NCBI GenBank assembly: GCA_937885575.1
Contig: CALABO010000014.1
Location: forward strand, 20,726-84,725
Source: an uncultured Pseudomonadota bacterium
GTDB lineage: Bacteria; Pseudomonadota; Alphaproteobacteria; Rs-D84
Reading direction: 5' to 3'
Length of the DNA stretch: 64,000 nucleotides
Shown here: positions 53,101 to 62,539 of the stretch, one piece after another
How the letters are laid out: every line of letters starts with the position of its first letter
Numbering within the stretch: the stretch's first letter is position 1
Made by a program: the position numbers and the translations under genes
Notes under the pieces: generated by a model
Told to the model about the DNA's origin: nothing
The model's database searches: none
Seen by the model: the letters and a program-made list of their open reading frames with translations, nothing else

Positions 53101-53263
53101 GCGACACCTCCCGGCGTTCCACGCCGTACTCCTCTGGCCAGAGGAGAATTTTGCTCTCGTCACATCGCGGTCCAAGTTCCCCTTTGGCTAGAGGGGTGGA
53201 CGCGTGTCAGGCCCCGCAAAATTTGAAAAATTTTGTGGGGGATGACCGCGGACGGGGTGTCGC
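53101..53263. repeat. MITE-like element with 10-bp terminal inverted repeats (GCGACACCTC / GGGGTGTCGC) and a nested hairpin insertion
   Basis: The first 99 bp are about 92% identical to 63858-63956. An extra CCCCGCAAAATTTGAAAAATTTTGTGGGGG hairpin module is inserted before the right terminus. Confidence 0.75.
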
Positions 53264-53340
53264 AAAATAATGCACGCGCGGTGTGACGCGAGTCTGGAAT
53301 TTTCGTGCCCCGGTTTAGTTGTGCGTTTCCGCGGGGTGTT

Positions 53341-53976
53341 TTATTTTGAATTTGGAAACACCTGTTTTGATAGTGTTTTTAATAGTTCACTGCGTGGAAC
53401 AGAATATTTTGCAACCGTTTCTTTTGCATCCATTGGTATCCCATTTTCACGCCAACTATGAAAAACGGTCATTACTTTGGATTTGTTTATGTCCAAAAGG
53501 TTCCCGTCTTTATCAATTGCGCCATTTTGAATGTCATGAATATATCCCCAAAATAACTCGGAAACAAGATAAGGATTTACATCGCCAAAACTTAAGCCGT
53601 ATCTGCTGTGTGCTTCTTCATATTTATCTTTTGGAATAGAAACAAGTTTCTTAAGTGGTAGTGTCCTTATAAGATATGCAGCCGCTAAACTTGATAAAAT
53701 CAGTTCAGGCGAGTTCGCAAATTTTTTGGGGTTCACTTCTTTAAGTGCCTCTATACGGATTTGAAAAATTCGTGGCAATTGGTGAATTTCTGTTTGATAG
53801 TTGGGTAATAATTTTCTTAATTCTGCTTCACGAGCTTCGACCATTTTGTCTAATACTTGTTCAAATTCGTCTGCCTGACGTTTTGTTAGTTGAACACCGT
53901 TTAGGTAAATACCAGTTAATTCATCTGGGTTGTTTGTTTGTTTGTTTGTTTGTTTGTTTGTTTGTTCCGCGGTCAT
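53341..53976 (-). CDS. hypothetical protein (AT-rich orphan) with an in-frame tetranucleotide tract at codons 5-16
   Basis: MTAEQTNKQTNKQTNNPDE... No recognisable family. Much more AT-rich than its neighbours. Confidence 0.65.
   Translation of the reverse strand: MTAEQTNKQTNKQTNNPDELTGIYLNGVQLTKRQADEFEQVLDKMVEAREAELRKLLPNYQTEIHQLPRIFQIRIEALKEVNPKKFANSPELILSSLAAAYLIRTLPLKKLVSIPKDKYEEAHSRYGLSFGDVNPYLVSELFWGYIHDIQNGAIDKDGNLLDINKSKVMTVFHSWRENGIPMDAKETVAKYSVPRSELLKTLSKQVFPNSK
53930..53966 (-). repeat. tetranucleotide simple-sequence repeat (CAAA)8 on the coding strand
   Basis: Counted directly: 8 full GTTT units plus GTT on the + strand, starting 9 nt after the ATG of the minus-strand gene. Confidence 0.95.
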
Positions 53977-54075
53977 TTTTTTACCTCTTGGTATTGTTGA
54001 TTTATTTACTTTGTAAGTATACTATAGTTTGTTTTTGTCAAATGTCAAGTGTGTAATTGTGTTTTTATAAGAAGT

Positions 54076-54110
54076 GAAAAAAATCCCCACGGGTTCGTGG
54101 GGATTTTTGT
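54076..54110. terminator. bidirectional hairpin terminator downstream of the DsbA-like gene
   Basis: ATCCCCAC-gggttc-GTGGGGAT is flanked by an A-run and a T-run. Confidence 0.75.
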
Positions 54111-54122
54111 GTATCGGAATAA

Positions 54123-54947
54123 TTATTTATCCAATGCCTTGATAATCTGATCGTATGGTATCGCGCCCGGAAATGCTTCTTCGCCGATAACCAAATACGG
54201 TGTGCCGCTGATTTCAAAACGTTGTGCCAAATCACGAACATTTTTCAATTCACGTGCGACAACTTCGCCATTCATGTCTTTTTCCAATTGCGCGGTGTCC
54301 AGACCAGCTTCGGCCGCCAATTTCATGACATTCTTTTTGATTTTGTCACCAAGTTTTGAACGATCTTTCATATCATCTTGGGTGTAATATTCTTTGTCCA
54401 TCAACAATTTATCCAACGCGGCGGCTTTGTCGTTGCCCTGTAATTTTGCGGCAATAACAGCCTTGGCCGGTGCGTCAGACAATTCGCCATGGATAGAAAA
54501 GTTTTTCAAGACAACGCGAACATCGTCACGGCTTTCCATCACACGGGCCAATTCGCCATGAACACGACGGCAATATGGGCAAGAATAATCAGACCACAAG
54601 AAAATAGTTTTCTTGGCATCTTCATTACCCCAAATTGGTGCATCGCCAATCATGTCTTTCAAGTTCGAACGAACATATTTGCGAATCGCCTTGTTCTTTT
54701 CGGCGTTCTGTTGTTCCTGCATCGCGGATACCATTTCTTGCAAGATCATTGGGTTTGTATGTGTCAGGTAGTACGGTGTGTACAAACGGCAGACACAGCC
54801 AGCGATCAAAAGGATAGATACCAATTTGATCAGTTTTTTGATTATCATAGGACTGGATTCAGATTTTTTGCCATCCTGTTTGGTGAACATGCCGCCAAAC
54901 AAAAAGAGCGCAATTCCGATAACCAGAACGAGGATTGTCCAAAACAT
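54123..54947 (-). CDS. DsbA-family thiol:disulfide oxidoreductase with an N-terminal membrane anchor
   Basis: Thioredoxin active site SDYSCPYCRRVH (CPYC) and two N-terminal hydrophobic helices. Confidence 0.8.
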   Translation of the reverse strand: MFWTILVLVIGIALFLFGGMFTKQDGKKSESSPMIIKKLIKLVSILLIAGCVCRLYTPYYLTHTNPMILQEMVSAMQEQQNAEKNKAIRKYVRSNLKDMIGDAPIWGNEDAKKTIFLWSDYSCPYCRRVHGELARVMESRDDVRVVLKNFSIHGELSDAPAKAVIAAKLQGNDKAAALDKLLMDKEYYTQDDMKDRSKLGDKIKKNVMKLAAEAGLDTAQLEKDMNGEVVARELKNVRDLAQRFEISGTPYLVIGEEAFPGAIPYDQIIKALDK

Positions 54948-55013
54948 AGTTTTCTCCTTTGCTTGTTGAACGGTTGTATCTTAGAAATTTTTTCCGTGCC
55001 ATGCAAGAGTTTT

Positions 55014-55679
55014 TTAAGATTTTTTTTCGTGTGTCAAAGATATACGTGCATTTGGGACACGTGTGCCTAATTCCGTGCATATTTTTTCAAGGAATTGAAG
55101 TGTCGTGTCCGTTGTCAAAGGCAGTTGAAATAGCCGGTTTACATAGGGTGTGGCGCATTCGGCGCATACCGCACGCCCGGTTTTTGGCGAAAGGTGTGTC
55201 AAATTTTTTGCGCACCCGCAACCCGAACACTTTGTCAAATCTAATGCGAAACCCAATTCTCGCAAAAGCGTCATTTCCCATAGCAGGTAATCGTCAAATG
55301 GTGAATTTGATTTGGGTAAATCCATCATAAATTTTATTGTTGCATCGAAAAGTGCGCTATACGATTCGCGTTCGGGCAATAATGTTTTTATCAAATCAAA
55401 AATGCAATTTACAAATTTAATTCGTTCGAAATTTATCATAATTGGGGCGGTTAAATTTTTTTCACTTTCCCAATGAAACACGCCCAGTGCGGAATCAAGT
55501 CGCGCGCCCCATGTGGCGTTGCCGATTTGGCCAACCAGTGGTTTGTTCGTTTTGGCAACCACCGCACCGCGCAACATTCCGGCGACGACACCATGTTCGC
55601 GCGTAAATATATGTGCGACCGCATCACGTTCGTTAAACGGGCGCAGTGATATTAAAAGACCGGTGGATTCAAGTTTCAT
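55014..55679 (-). CDS. recO: DNA repair protein RecO
   Basis: N-terminal OB pattern GLLISLRPFNERDAVAHIFTREHGVVAGMLRG and a Cys4 cluster CSGCG..C..C. Confidence 0.8.
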   Translation of the reverse strand: MKLESTGLLISLRPFNERDAVAHIFTREHGVVAGMLRGAVVAKTNKPLVGQIGNATWGARLDSALGVFHWESEKNLTAPIMINFERIKFVNCIFDLIKTLLPERESYSALFDATIKFMMDLPKSNSPFDDYLLWEMTLLRELGFALDLTKCSGCGCAKNLTHLSPKTGRAVCAECATPYVNRLFQLPLTTDTTLQFLEKICTELGTRVPNARISLTHEKKS

Positions 55680-56104
55680 TTCAATTTTTCCGCCGCGCCG
55701 CGTGCAAGTTCGTCACAGCGTTCATTTAATTCTTCACCGTTATGTCCGCGTACCCAAACCCAATGAACTTTTACGGCGGATACCAATTCGTCCAACTGTT
55801 GCCACAGATCTTGATTTTTTACGGGCTTTTTGTCGGCGGTGCGCCAATTATTTTTTTTCCAATTTTTCATCCAAACCATCGTGCCGTTTTTTACATATTG
55901 GCTGTCGGTGTGAATTTCAATTTCATTGTGTTTGCGCGCGGCGGATATGGCCCGTATAACCGCGGTTAGTTCCATACGATTATTTGTTGTGTCGCGTTCG
56001 CCACCACTGCGTTCGGCACGGTTTTTCCCGTCGGTTGCAACAAATGCCCATCCGCCGGGGCCGGGGTTACCCAAACAACTGCCGTCTGTCCAAATTTTTA
56101 GCAT
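55676..56104 (-). CDS. rnhA: ribonuclease HI
   Basis: IWTDGSCLGNPGPGGWAFV..TTNNRMELTAVI..IHTDSQYV..W.W.KGH.G...NE..D.LA. Confidence 0.9.
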   Translation of the reverse strand: MLKIWTDGSCLGNPGPGGWAFVATDGKNRAERSGGERDTTNNRMELTAVIRAISAARKHNEIEIHTDSQYVKNGTMVWMKNWKKNNWRTADKKPVKNQDLWQQLDELVSAVKVHWVWVRGHNGEELNERCDELARGAAEKLK

Positions 56105-56141
56105 TTTATTTCATCCTTTGTTTGTGATATAATATCATAAA

Positions 56142-57920
56142 ATGAAAATAGATTCCAAGAATTTACACGAAATGTCAAATGCGGTGCGCGCGGACGCGTT
56201 GCGTGCGATTGCCGCGGCCAAAAGCGGGCATGTTGGAATTGTGCTTGGCGCGGCGGATATTGTCACGATGATTTATGCGGTGTTCCTAAATCCCGTGCGC
56301 GACAGGTTTGTTTTATCGGCGGGACATGGTTCGGCGATGCTGTATGCGGTGTTGAAACTTGCAGGGTATAACATTGGCGATTTGAAATCTTTTCGGCAAA
56401 TTGGTGGACCCCCCGGGCATCCGGAATTTGGAATAGATGGGGTTTGTGCGACGACGGGGCCACTGGGCCAGGGTGTTGCGAACGCGGTCGGTATGGCGAT
56501 TGCCGCAAAGCACAATAAAACCGGCGGGCGCGTGTATTGCCTTTGTTCCGATGGCGATTTGATGGAGGGCGTGGCGGGTGAAGCAATCGGCTTTGCCGGG
56601 CGGTATAAATTGGACAATTTGGTACTGCTTTGGGATAATAATGGACTAAGTATCGATGGCGTGGCGCAAACGGATAAAAATGTGTCGATGCGTATGCGGG
56701 CGGCGGGGTGGACGGTGCGTGCGGCGGACGGCACAGATATGAATGAACTTTATGACGCGATAGGTGCGCCGGCGGCGGGGCCGTTGTTTGTGCGGTGTGA
56801 TACCACATTGGGCCAGGGAACAAGCGTTTCGGGAACGGCGCGCGCACATGGTTTGGCCATAGGTGATGCGGAAATCAAAGAATTGGTAAATCATTTGGAT
56901 TCGGCGGTCGGGCGCGATTTGTGGCGCAAATTTGCACGCATGCATAAAAGGACAGAAAAAACAAAATATGCAAATGTGCCGGCGGTTTCATTGCCACAAA
57001 AAACATCCGCGGTATCAACGCGCGAAATGTCGGGCGAATACTTGGCGGCGATTATGAAACGGGGCGCGGATATTATTATTGGCAGTGCGGATTTGGGCCA
57101 AAGCACGAATATGCGCGTTGCGGGCGTGCGTGAAATTACGGCGGACAATTTTTTCGGGCGATATATAAACTATGGTGTGCGCGAACATGCGATGGCGGCA
57201 ATTATGAACGGTATGGCATATGTGGGTGTGCGCGCGGCGGGCTCAACGTTTTTAGTATTCAGTGACTATATGCGTGGTGCGATGCGGTTGTCCGCGATTT
57301 CGGGTTTGCCGGTAATCTATGTTTTAACGCATGATAGTGTTGCGGTTGGTCCGGACGGGCCGACACATCAACCGGTGGAACAGTTATCGGGTCTGCGTTT
57401 AATTCCGAATATGAATGTTTTTCGGCCATGTAATATGGCAGAGGTCGTGTGGTCTTGGCAAACGGCGTTATCGGAAACGAACCGTCCGTCGTGCATTGTC
57501 CTTTCGCGCCAGGCGATTGCGCCGGTGGGCGATGCAATCCTTGGTGAAATAAAGTGCGGGGGCTATGTCGTTTATGAATCGGGTACGGCGCGGGTAAAGA
57601 TGACGATTGTTGCAACGGGGGCGGAGGTTCCACTTGCCATAAATGTTGCGCGGATTTTGGGTGGCGGGGTCCAAGTGGTAAGTATGCCGTCGGTTGCGCA
57701 TTTTCGGGCGATGGATGAAAAATATAGGGATAAAATCTTGGTCGGCACCGTTGTTGCCATAGAGGCATCCGCCACCGCGCCTTGGTTTGAATTTGCGGAT
57801 ATTGTTGTTGGAATTGATGATTTTGGCTTGTCAGGGGCGGCAGACATGGTGTATCGTGCGTGTGGGTTTGATGCGGAAAAAATCGCGCGGGCGATTCGCA
57901 CAAAAATGAAGCATGTCTGA
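56142..57920 (+). CDS. tkt: transketolase
   Basis: SGHVGIVLGAADIVTMIY...LSAGHGSAMLYAVLKLAGY...GPLGQGVANAVGMA. 592 aa. Confidence 0.85.
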   Translation: MKIDSKNLHEMSNAVRADALRAIAAAKSGHVGIVLGAADIVTMIYAVFLNPVRDRFVLSAGHGSAMLYAVLKLAGYNIGDLKSFRQIGGPPGHPEFGIDGVCATTGPLGQGVANAVGMAIAAKHNKTGGRVYCLCSDGDLMEGVAGEAIGFAGRYKLDNLVLLWDNNGLSIDGVAQTDKNVSMRMRAAGWTVRAADGTDMNELYDAIGAPAAGPLFVRCDTTLGQGTSVSGTARAHGLAIGDAEIKELVNHLDSAVGRDLWRKFARMHKRTEKTKYANVPAVSLPQKTSAVSTREMSGEYLAAIMKRGADIIIGSADLGQSTNMRVAGVREITADNFFGRYINYGVREHAMAAIMNGMAYVGVRAAGSTFLVFSDYMRGAMRLSAISGLPVIYVLTHDSVAVGPDGPTHQPVEQLSGLRLIPNMNVFRPCNMAEVVWSWQTALSETNRPSCIVLSRQAIAPVGDAILGEIKCGGYVVYESGTARVKMTIVATGAEVPLAINVARILGGGVQVVSMPSVAHFRAMDEKYRDKILVGTVVAIEASATAPWFEFADIVVGIDDFGLSGAADMVYRACGFDAEKIARAIRTKMKHV

Positions 57921-58620
57921 ATTTGAATTTATAACTTCATCTGGGGAAAAGATACCGGTCGTGATAACCGTGCGTGCGGGCGTGCGGAATATAACACTGC
58001 GCCCACGCGCGGGGGATGCGCGCCGGATTGATGCAACGCGGCCGTTGATATCCGCCAATTCAACGGTGATGAAATTTGTGGAACAAAAGCGGCGGTGGTT
58101 GGAACGGTTCTTTGCAAACGCCCCGCGCAAGGAACATTTGAAATCGGGCGATATGTTTGACTTTTTGGATATGCGGGTGCGTGTTGTTTATGATTGCGCC
58201 ATGCGTGGCAATAAGTTTGTTTTGAACGATGATGGAACGCGAACGCTTTTTGTTGGTGGCGATGAGAAACTAATTGAAAATCGTGTGCGGTTGTTCATTA
58301 AATCGGAACTTTTGAAACATATCAAAGAATTGATTCATCAAACGCCGCGTGATTTTTGGCCGAAAAAGATTTGTCTGCGCGATACATCGTCGCGTTGGGG
58401 GTCGCGGTCAACGACGGGAACGATTTCCTTTTCGTGGCGGTTGGCGTTTGCGCCGTTTGATGTGATGCGCTATGTCGTGATGCACGAATTGGCACATACA
58501 AAGCATATGGATCATTCGGCGGCTTTTTGGACAGAGGTTCGTGGCCTTTACGGTTTTGGTGTTGAACGTGCGCGGCGGTGGCTGAATGTGCATGGGGGCG
58601 ATTTGCATAAATTCCTTTGA
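57913..58620 (+). CDS. YgjP-like (DUF45/M48-related) zinc metallohydrolase
   Basis: RWGSRSTTGTISFSWRLAFAPFDVMRYVVMHELAHTKHMDHSAAFW. Confidence 0.75.
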   Translation: MSEFEFITSSGEKIPVVITVRAGVRNITLRPRAGDARRIDATRPLISANSTVMKFVEQKRRWLERFFANAPRKEHLKSGDMFDFLDMRVRVVYDCAMRGNKFVLNDDGTRTLFVGGDEKLIENRVRLFIKSELLKHIKELIHQTPRDFWPKKICLRDTSSRWGSRSTTGTISFSWRLAFAPFDVMRYVVMHELAHTKHMDHSAAFWTEVRGLYGFGVERARRWLNVHGGDLHKFL

Positions 58621-58709
58621 AACCATTCCTGAATATTTCTTTGCCTTTTTACGGTATAATTTCGGTGTGTTAAAAGCACATAACAAAAACCAAACAAAGG
58701 AAAGAAAAA

Positions 58710-59096
58710 ATGAAAAAGAAAAGCAAGGAATGTAAAAAGTTATCCGTTGTGGCGGTGTTGGGTGTTGTCGCATCCACGGCTGTGTTTGCGGGTTCTGGAA
58801 ATATGGCGCATAATAATGCAAATAACAATACGATGACCGAAGTTATGACCATTGAACAGGTTCGCGGGCTTTCCGACAATTCGCCGGTTATTGTTCGCGG
58901 ATACTTGCTGCGTCAAAATGGGGAAAATTCGTATGTTTTCCAAGATAACACTGGAACAATCAATGTTGAAATAGACGAAATGGATTGGAACGGCATGAAC
59001 GTCGCGCCGTCTGATTATGTTGAAATATGGGGCGAAGTTGACAAGAACGGCGCATCCATGGTTGAAATCGACGTTTCGGCAATGAAGAAGTTGTAA
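58710..59096 (+). CDS. YgiW/YdeI-family bacterial OB-fold (BOF) periplasmic protein
   Basis: Signal peptide, then TIEQVRGLSDNSPVIVRGYLLRQNGENSYVFQDNTGTINVEID...YVEIWGEVDK. Confidence 0.75.
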   Translation: MKKKSKECKKLSVVAVLGVVASTAVFAGSGNMAHNNANNNTMTEVMTIEQVRGLSDNSPVIVRGYLLRQNGENSYVFQDNTGTINVEIDEMDWNGMNVAPSDYVEIWGEVDKNGASMVEIDVSAMKKL

Positions 59097-59126
59097 TAGT
59101 GGTTAGTGTTAGTGATAAGTGTAAGT
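59097..59126 (+). repeat. (T/A)AGTG hexamer array abutting a stop codon
   Basis: tagtggttagtgttagtgataagtgtaagt. Confidence 0.8.
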
Positions 59127-59127
59127 T

Positions 59128-59151
59128 AAACGGGCGCAGATGCGCCCGTTT
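59128..59151. terminator. bidirectional hairpin terminator between convergent genes
   Basis: AAACGGGCGC-agat-GCGCCCGTTT. Confidence 0.75.
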
Positions 59152-59159
59152 AACAATAA

Positions 59160-60569
59160 TTATTTTACAAATCGGTTATATATTTTTTCGTTTATCTTGG
59201 TTGGGTATTTGCGTTCAAGGTATGCGTTATAATCCGCGTCCAAGTGCCGCATAGCCATATTCGCGATTTCCGGTTTTAATTCTTCAAGTTTTTTGTCGTT
59301 TGTTTCCGGCAATTTTTCTGCCGCGATATTTACAACATAAAATTCATCGGGTGACGACACAATCGAATTGTCGCCAATTGGATTTTTGAATGCCGCGACC
59401 AAGACCGGCATTGGTGCGCCGTCCGTGCGTGACACGGTTAGTTTTTTTGCGGTTTGCAATTTTCCGGTTTCGTTCAAATCCGTCAGCAATTCATTTGCAC
59501 GGACGTATGCCATTTTTTCTTGTTCGGCGTGTGTCCATTCGGCGACAATTTCTTTTTTAACCGAATCGAATTCCGCGGTGTGTTCGGGGATAATTTTATC
59601 AACACGAACAATTACAAAACCATTTTTCGTTTCGATAAGTTCGCTTTCGGTTTCGGGCTCAAGTTCAAAGATATTTGCCACGACCGATTCGTTTATGTTT
59701 TTGTCGTCCGGCAATTTTTCCGCGGAAACACCGCTGTGTTGCACGAACTTTGCGTTGTGCGCTTTCGCCGCAGCGGACAATGTTTCGCCGCCGATGATGT
59801 CATCCTCCATGCTTTGCGCGGTTTTAAGTGCGATTTCATATTCGTCCGGTTTATCCATTGCGGCCGGAACAATTACATATGAAATATCGCGTGCCTCGGC
59901 CACATGATGTGGGTGCGCCGCATAGAAATCGCGAAGTTGTTCATCCGTTGGCTTTGGCGTTTTGAAATTTGAAAACTTTACCGTCGCCATATTTATTTCG
60001 CGTTTGGTATTGCGCGCGTTATACGCCGCAACGGTTGCAAATCGTGGCGTTTCAATTTGTGTCGCCATCGGAACATTTACCATTTCATGCAGTGCCTTTA
60101 TGCGTAAATCATTTGCGACATCCGATTCGGTTAGCCCCGAATTTTGCAGGACGACATCAAACGCCGCCGTTGAAAATTTGCCATTTTCTTGGAATTGCGG
60201 TATTGCGCGAATATCGTTTGCGATTCGGTGGTCGGATACGACATAGCCCAAATCGTCCGCGTGTTTACTGATTCGTTGGATTGATGCGATTTTTTTAATC
60301 ACGCCGTTTTGAAAGTCCGACATTTTCGCCGGGTTCGAATAAAGTTCGCGTTGTGCGTCACGCGACATTGCCGCCAATTCGTTAGAGCGCATATTATTAT
60401 ATTGCTGAATCGAAATCTTTTCACCGCCGACGCGCGCCAGTGTCGTATCGGACGACGTAAGACCAAATACCCATTCGGCAACGCCCCATCCGACGAACGA
60501 AAAGATAAGGATTCCCATTAAAACCTTGGCCAACGGTTTATCGGCCGCATTACGTAAATATTCTAGCAT
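59160..60569 (-). CDS. PpiD-like periplasmic chaperone (SurA-N-like domain, membrane anchored)
   Basis: ATG at 60569 gives MLEYLRNAADKPLAKVLMGILIFSFVGWG, the typical PpiD N-terminus. I do not see a clear parvulin signature. Confidence 0.65.
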   Translation of the reverse strand: MLEYLRNAADKPLAKVLMGILIFSFVGWGVAEWVFGLTSSDTTLARVGGEKISIQQYNNMRSNELAAMSRDAQRELYSNPAKMSDFQNGVIKKIASIQRISKHADDLGYVVSDHRIANDIRAIPQFQENGKFSTAAFDVVLQNSGLTESDVANDLRIKALHEMVNVPMATQIETPRFATVAAYNARNTKREINMATVKFSNFKTPKPTDEQLRDFYAAHPHHVAEARDISYVIVPAAMDKPDEYEIALKTAQSMEDDIIGGETLSAAAKAHNAKFVQHSGVSAEKLPDDKNINESVVANIFELEPETESELIETKNGFVIVRVDKIIPEHTAEFDSVKKEIVAEWTHAEQEKMAYVRANELLTDLNETGKLQTAKKLTVSRTDGAPMPVLVAAFKNPIGDNSIVSSPDEFYVVNIAAEKLPETNDKKLEELKPEIANMAMRHLDADYNAYLERKYPTKINEKIYNRFVK

Positions 60570-60635
60570 TTTTTCACCTTTTGCGCTAAGATAGCAAAAT
60601 GTAACCAAGAAAATCAACGGAAAAAAGGATAAAAA

Positions 60636-61340
60636 ATGAAAATTATTGCAGGAAACTGGAAAATGAACGGGTCGCGGGCTGCTTTGGACGAAATGATTGG
60701 CGCAATTACGCCGGTAAAGACCGAAAATCGCGTGATTTTATGTGTGCCTTTTACCATGGTGCGCGCGGGAACGGACAAGGTCGCAATTGGCGCCCAAGAC
60801 ATCAGCGCGCATGAAAAAGGCGCATATACCGGCGAAGTGTCGGGGACAATGCTGGCCGAGGCGGGTGCAAAATACGTAATTGTCGGGCACAGTGAACGCC
60901 GCATGTATCACGATGAAACAAACGATATTGTTCGGCAAAAGGCGCAGATGGCGTTGGAAAACGGCCTGACCCCGATTATCTGTGTCGGCGAAACAATGGA
61001 GGAAAAGCGCGCTGGCAAGACATTTGATATCATAGAGTCGGGCGTAAAAGAATCCGTGCCAAATGACGCACATGATGATATTATTATTGCGTATGAACCG
61101 CGTTGGGCCATTGGGGCGGGTATAACGCCGACCGCGCAGGAAATCGCCGACGCGCATAAAGTGATTGCCGATACTTTGTCGTATATGGGGCTTGGTGGAA
61201 CGCCGATTTTGTATGGTGCAAGTGTGAACGGCGGAAATGTTGCCGATATTGTCGCAATAAGAAATGTTGATGGGGTGCTGGTTGGTGGGGCGTCCTTGAA
61301 ACCGCAAGAATTTGTCACTATAATAGAAAATGCAAAGTAA
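60636..61340 (+). CDS. tpiA: triosephosphate isomerase
   Basis: IAGNWKMNG...VGHSERR...IAYEPRWAIG...YGASV. Confidence 0.9.
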   Translation: MKIIAGNWKMNGSRAALDEMIGAITPVKTENRVILCVPFTMVRAGTDKVAIGAQDISAHEKGAYTGEVSGTMLAEAGAKYVIVGHSERRMYHDETNDIVRQKAQMALENGLTPIICVGETMEEKRAGKTFDIIESGVKESVPNDAHDDIIIAYEPRWAIGAGITPTAQEIADAHKVIADTLSYMGLGGTPILYGASVNGGNVADIVAIRNVDGVLVGGASLKPQEFVTIIENAK

Positions 61341-61359
61341 TAAAAATAGAGAAAATATT

Positions 61360-61878
61360 ATGGAAGACAAAAAAGAAGTCAAGGTTGAAACAGTATCAGT
61401 AAAAGATGCGGCGGCCCCCGAGAAACCGGTGGAAAAAAACGAAAAGAAAGATGAAGCCGCAGAGACGGCCGCGCAAATTGCGGAACTGAACGATAAATAC
61501 CTGCGCACGGCGGCGGAGTTGGAAAACACCCGTCGTCGCGCCGCTATTGATGCCGAGGCACGCGCGCGGTCGCGGGCGATGTCGGTTGCGGAAAAAATCT
61601 TGCCGGTTATGGACGCGGTTCAGGCGGCACTTAAACATTCGCCCGATGACGCGGGAATTCAATCTATGGCGCGGGCGATGGAATCCGCGTTTGAACAGAT
61701 TGGAATCACAAAAATAAAATCGGTTGGTGAAACATTGAACCCCGCATTGCATAACGCAATTCAGGTTGTGACCGCGGCCGATGGTGTTGCGCCGAACACC
61801 GTGGTTGAAGAAATGCAGGCCGGATATATGTTTGGCGATAATGTGTTGCGGACCGCGATGGTGGTCGTTGCAAAATAA
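61360..61878 (+). CDS. grpE: nucleotide exchange factor GrpE
   Basis: LNDKYLRTAAELENTRRR... and C-terminal GYMFGDNVLRTAMVVV. The start is ATG 61360, or 61330 overlapping tpiA. Confidence 0.85.
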   Translation: MEDKKEVKVETVSVKDAAAPEKPVEKNEKKDEAAETAAQIAELNDKYLRTAAELENTRRRAAIDAEARARSRAMSVAEKILPVMDAVQAALKHSPDDAGIQSMARAMESAFEQIGITKIKSVGETLNPALHNAIQVVTAADGVAPNTVVEEMQAGYMFGDNVLRTAMVVVAK

Positions 61879-61946
61879 TTGGCCGCCCCGTTTGCGAACG
61901 GCATTTTTGTGTGGTATAATCAGAAAAAAGTAAAAAGGTGTAAATT

Positions 61947-62531
61947 ATGTCTTTGATACCAATGGTCATAGAAGAATCCCCACGTGGCGAACGGTCGTTT
62001 GATATCTATTCGCGTTTGTTGCGTGACAGGATTGTTATGATAAATGGTGACATAGAATTGCAAATGGCTAATACGGTTGTGGCACAGTTGCTGTTCTTGG
62101 AATCAGAAAACCCAAATGCGGATATTTCGCTTTATATCAACAGTCCGGGGGGAATTATATCCGCCGGATGGGCGATTATGGATACAATGCAATACATCAA
62201 ATCGCCGGTCACAACGATTGGTATGGGATTGGTTGCATCTATGGCATCGGTGATTTTGGCGGCGGGTGAAAAGGGTAAAAGATTCGCATTGCCGAATACA
62301 GAGATTATGATTCATCAACCACTTGGTGGTTTGCAGGGGCAGGCGACCGATATGGAAATTGGTATGCGCAAAATGAAAATGGTCAAAGAAACTATTACTA
62401 AGCAAATGTCCGAATTTACCGGTCGTAAGGTCAAAGAATTACATGATGCAATGGAACGTGATAATTGGATGACCGCGGAGCAGGCAAAAGATTTTGGAAT
62501 AATTGATAATGTTTTGACAAGGAAAAAATAG
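61947..62531 (+). CDS. clpP: ATP-dependent Clp protease proteolytic subunit
   Basis: [18 protein letters not shown]...[14 protein letters not shown]...IMIHQPLGG. Confidence 0.95.
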   Translation: MSLIPMVIEESPRGERSFDIYSRLLRDRIVMINGDIELQMANTVVAQLLFLESENPNADISLYINSPGGIISAGWAIMDTMQYIKSPVTTIGMGLVASMASVILAAGEKGKRFALPNTEIMIHQPLGGLQGQATDMEIGMRKMKMVKETITKQMSEFTGRKVKELHDAMERDNWMTAEQAKDFGIIDNVLTRKK

Positions 62532-62539
62532 GGCGGGAT

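Noticed and set aside
3236-59126. The TAGTG arrays or GC-rich palindromes as CRISPR arrays
   Set aside because: The units are 6-7 bp and directly tandem with no unique spacers. The palindromic elements are single dispersed copies. No cas genes are present in the window.
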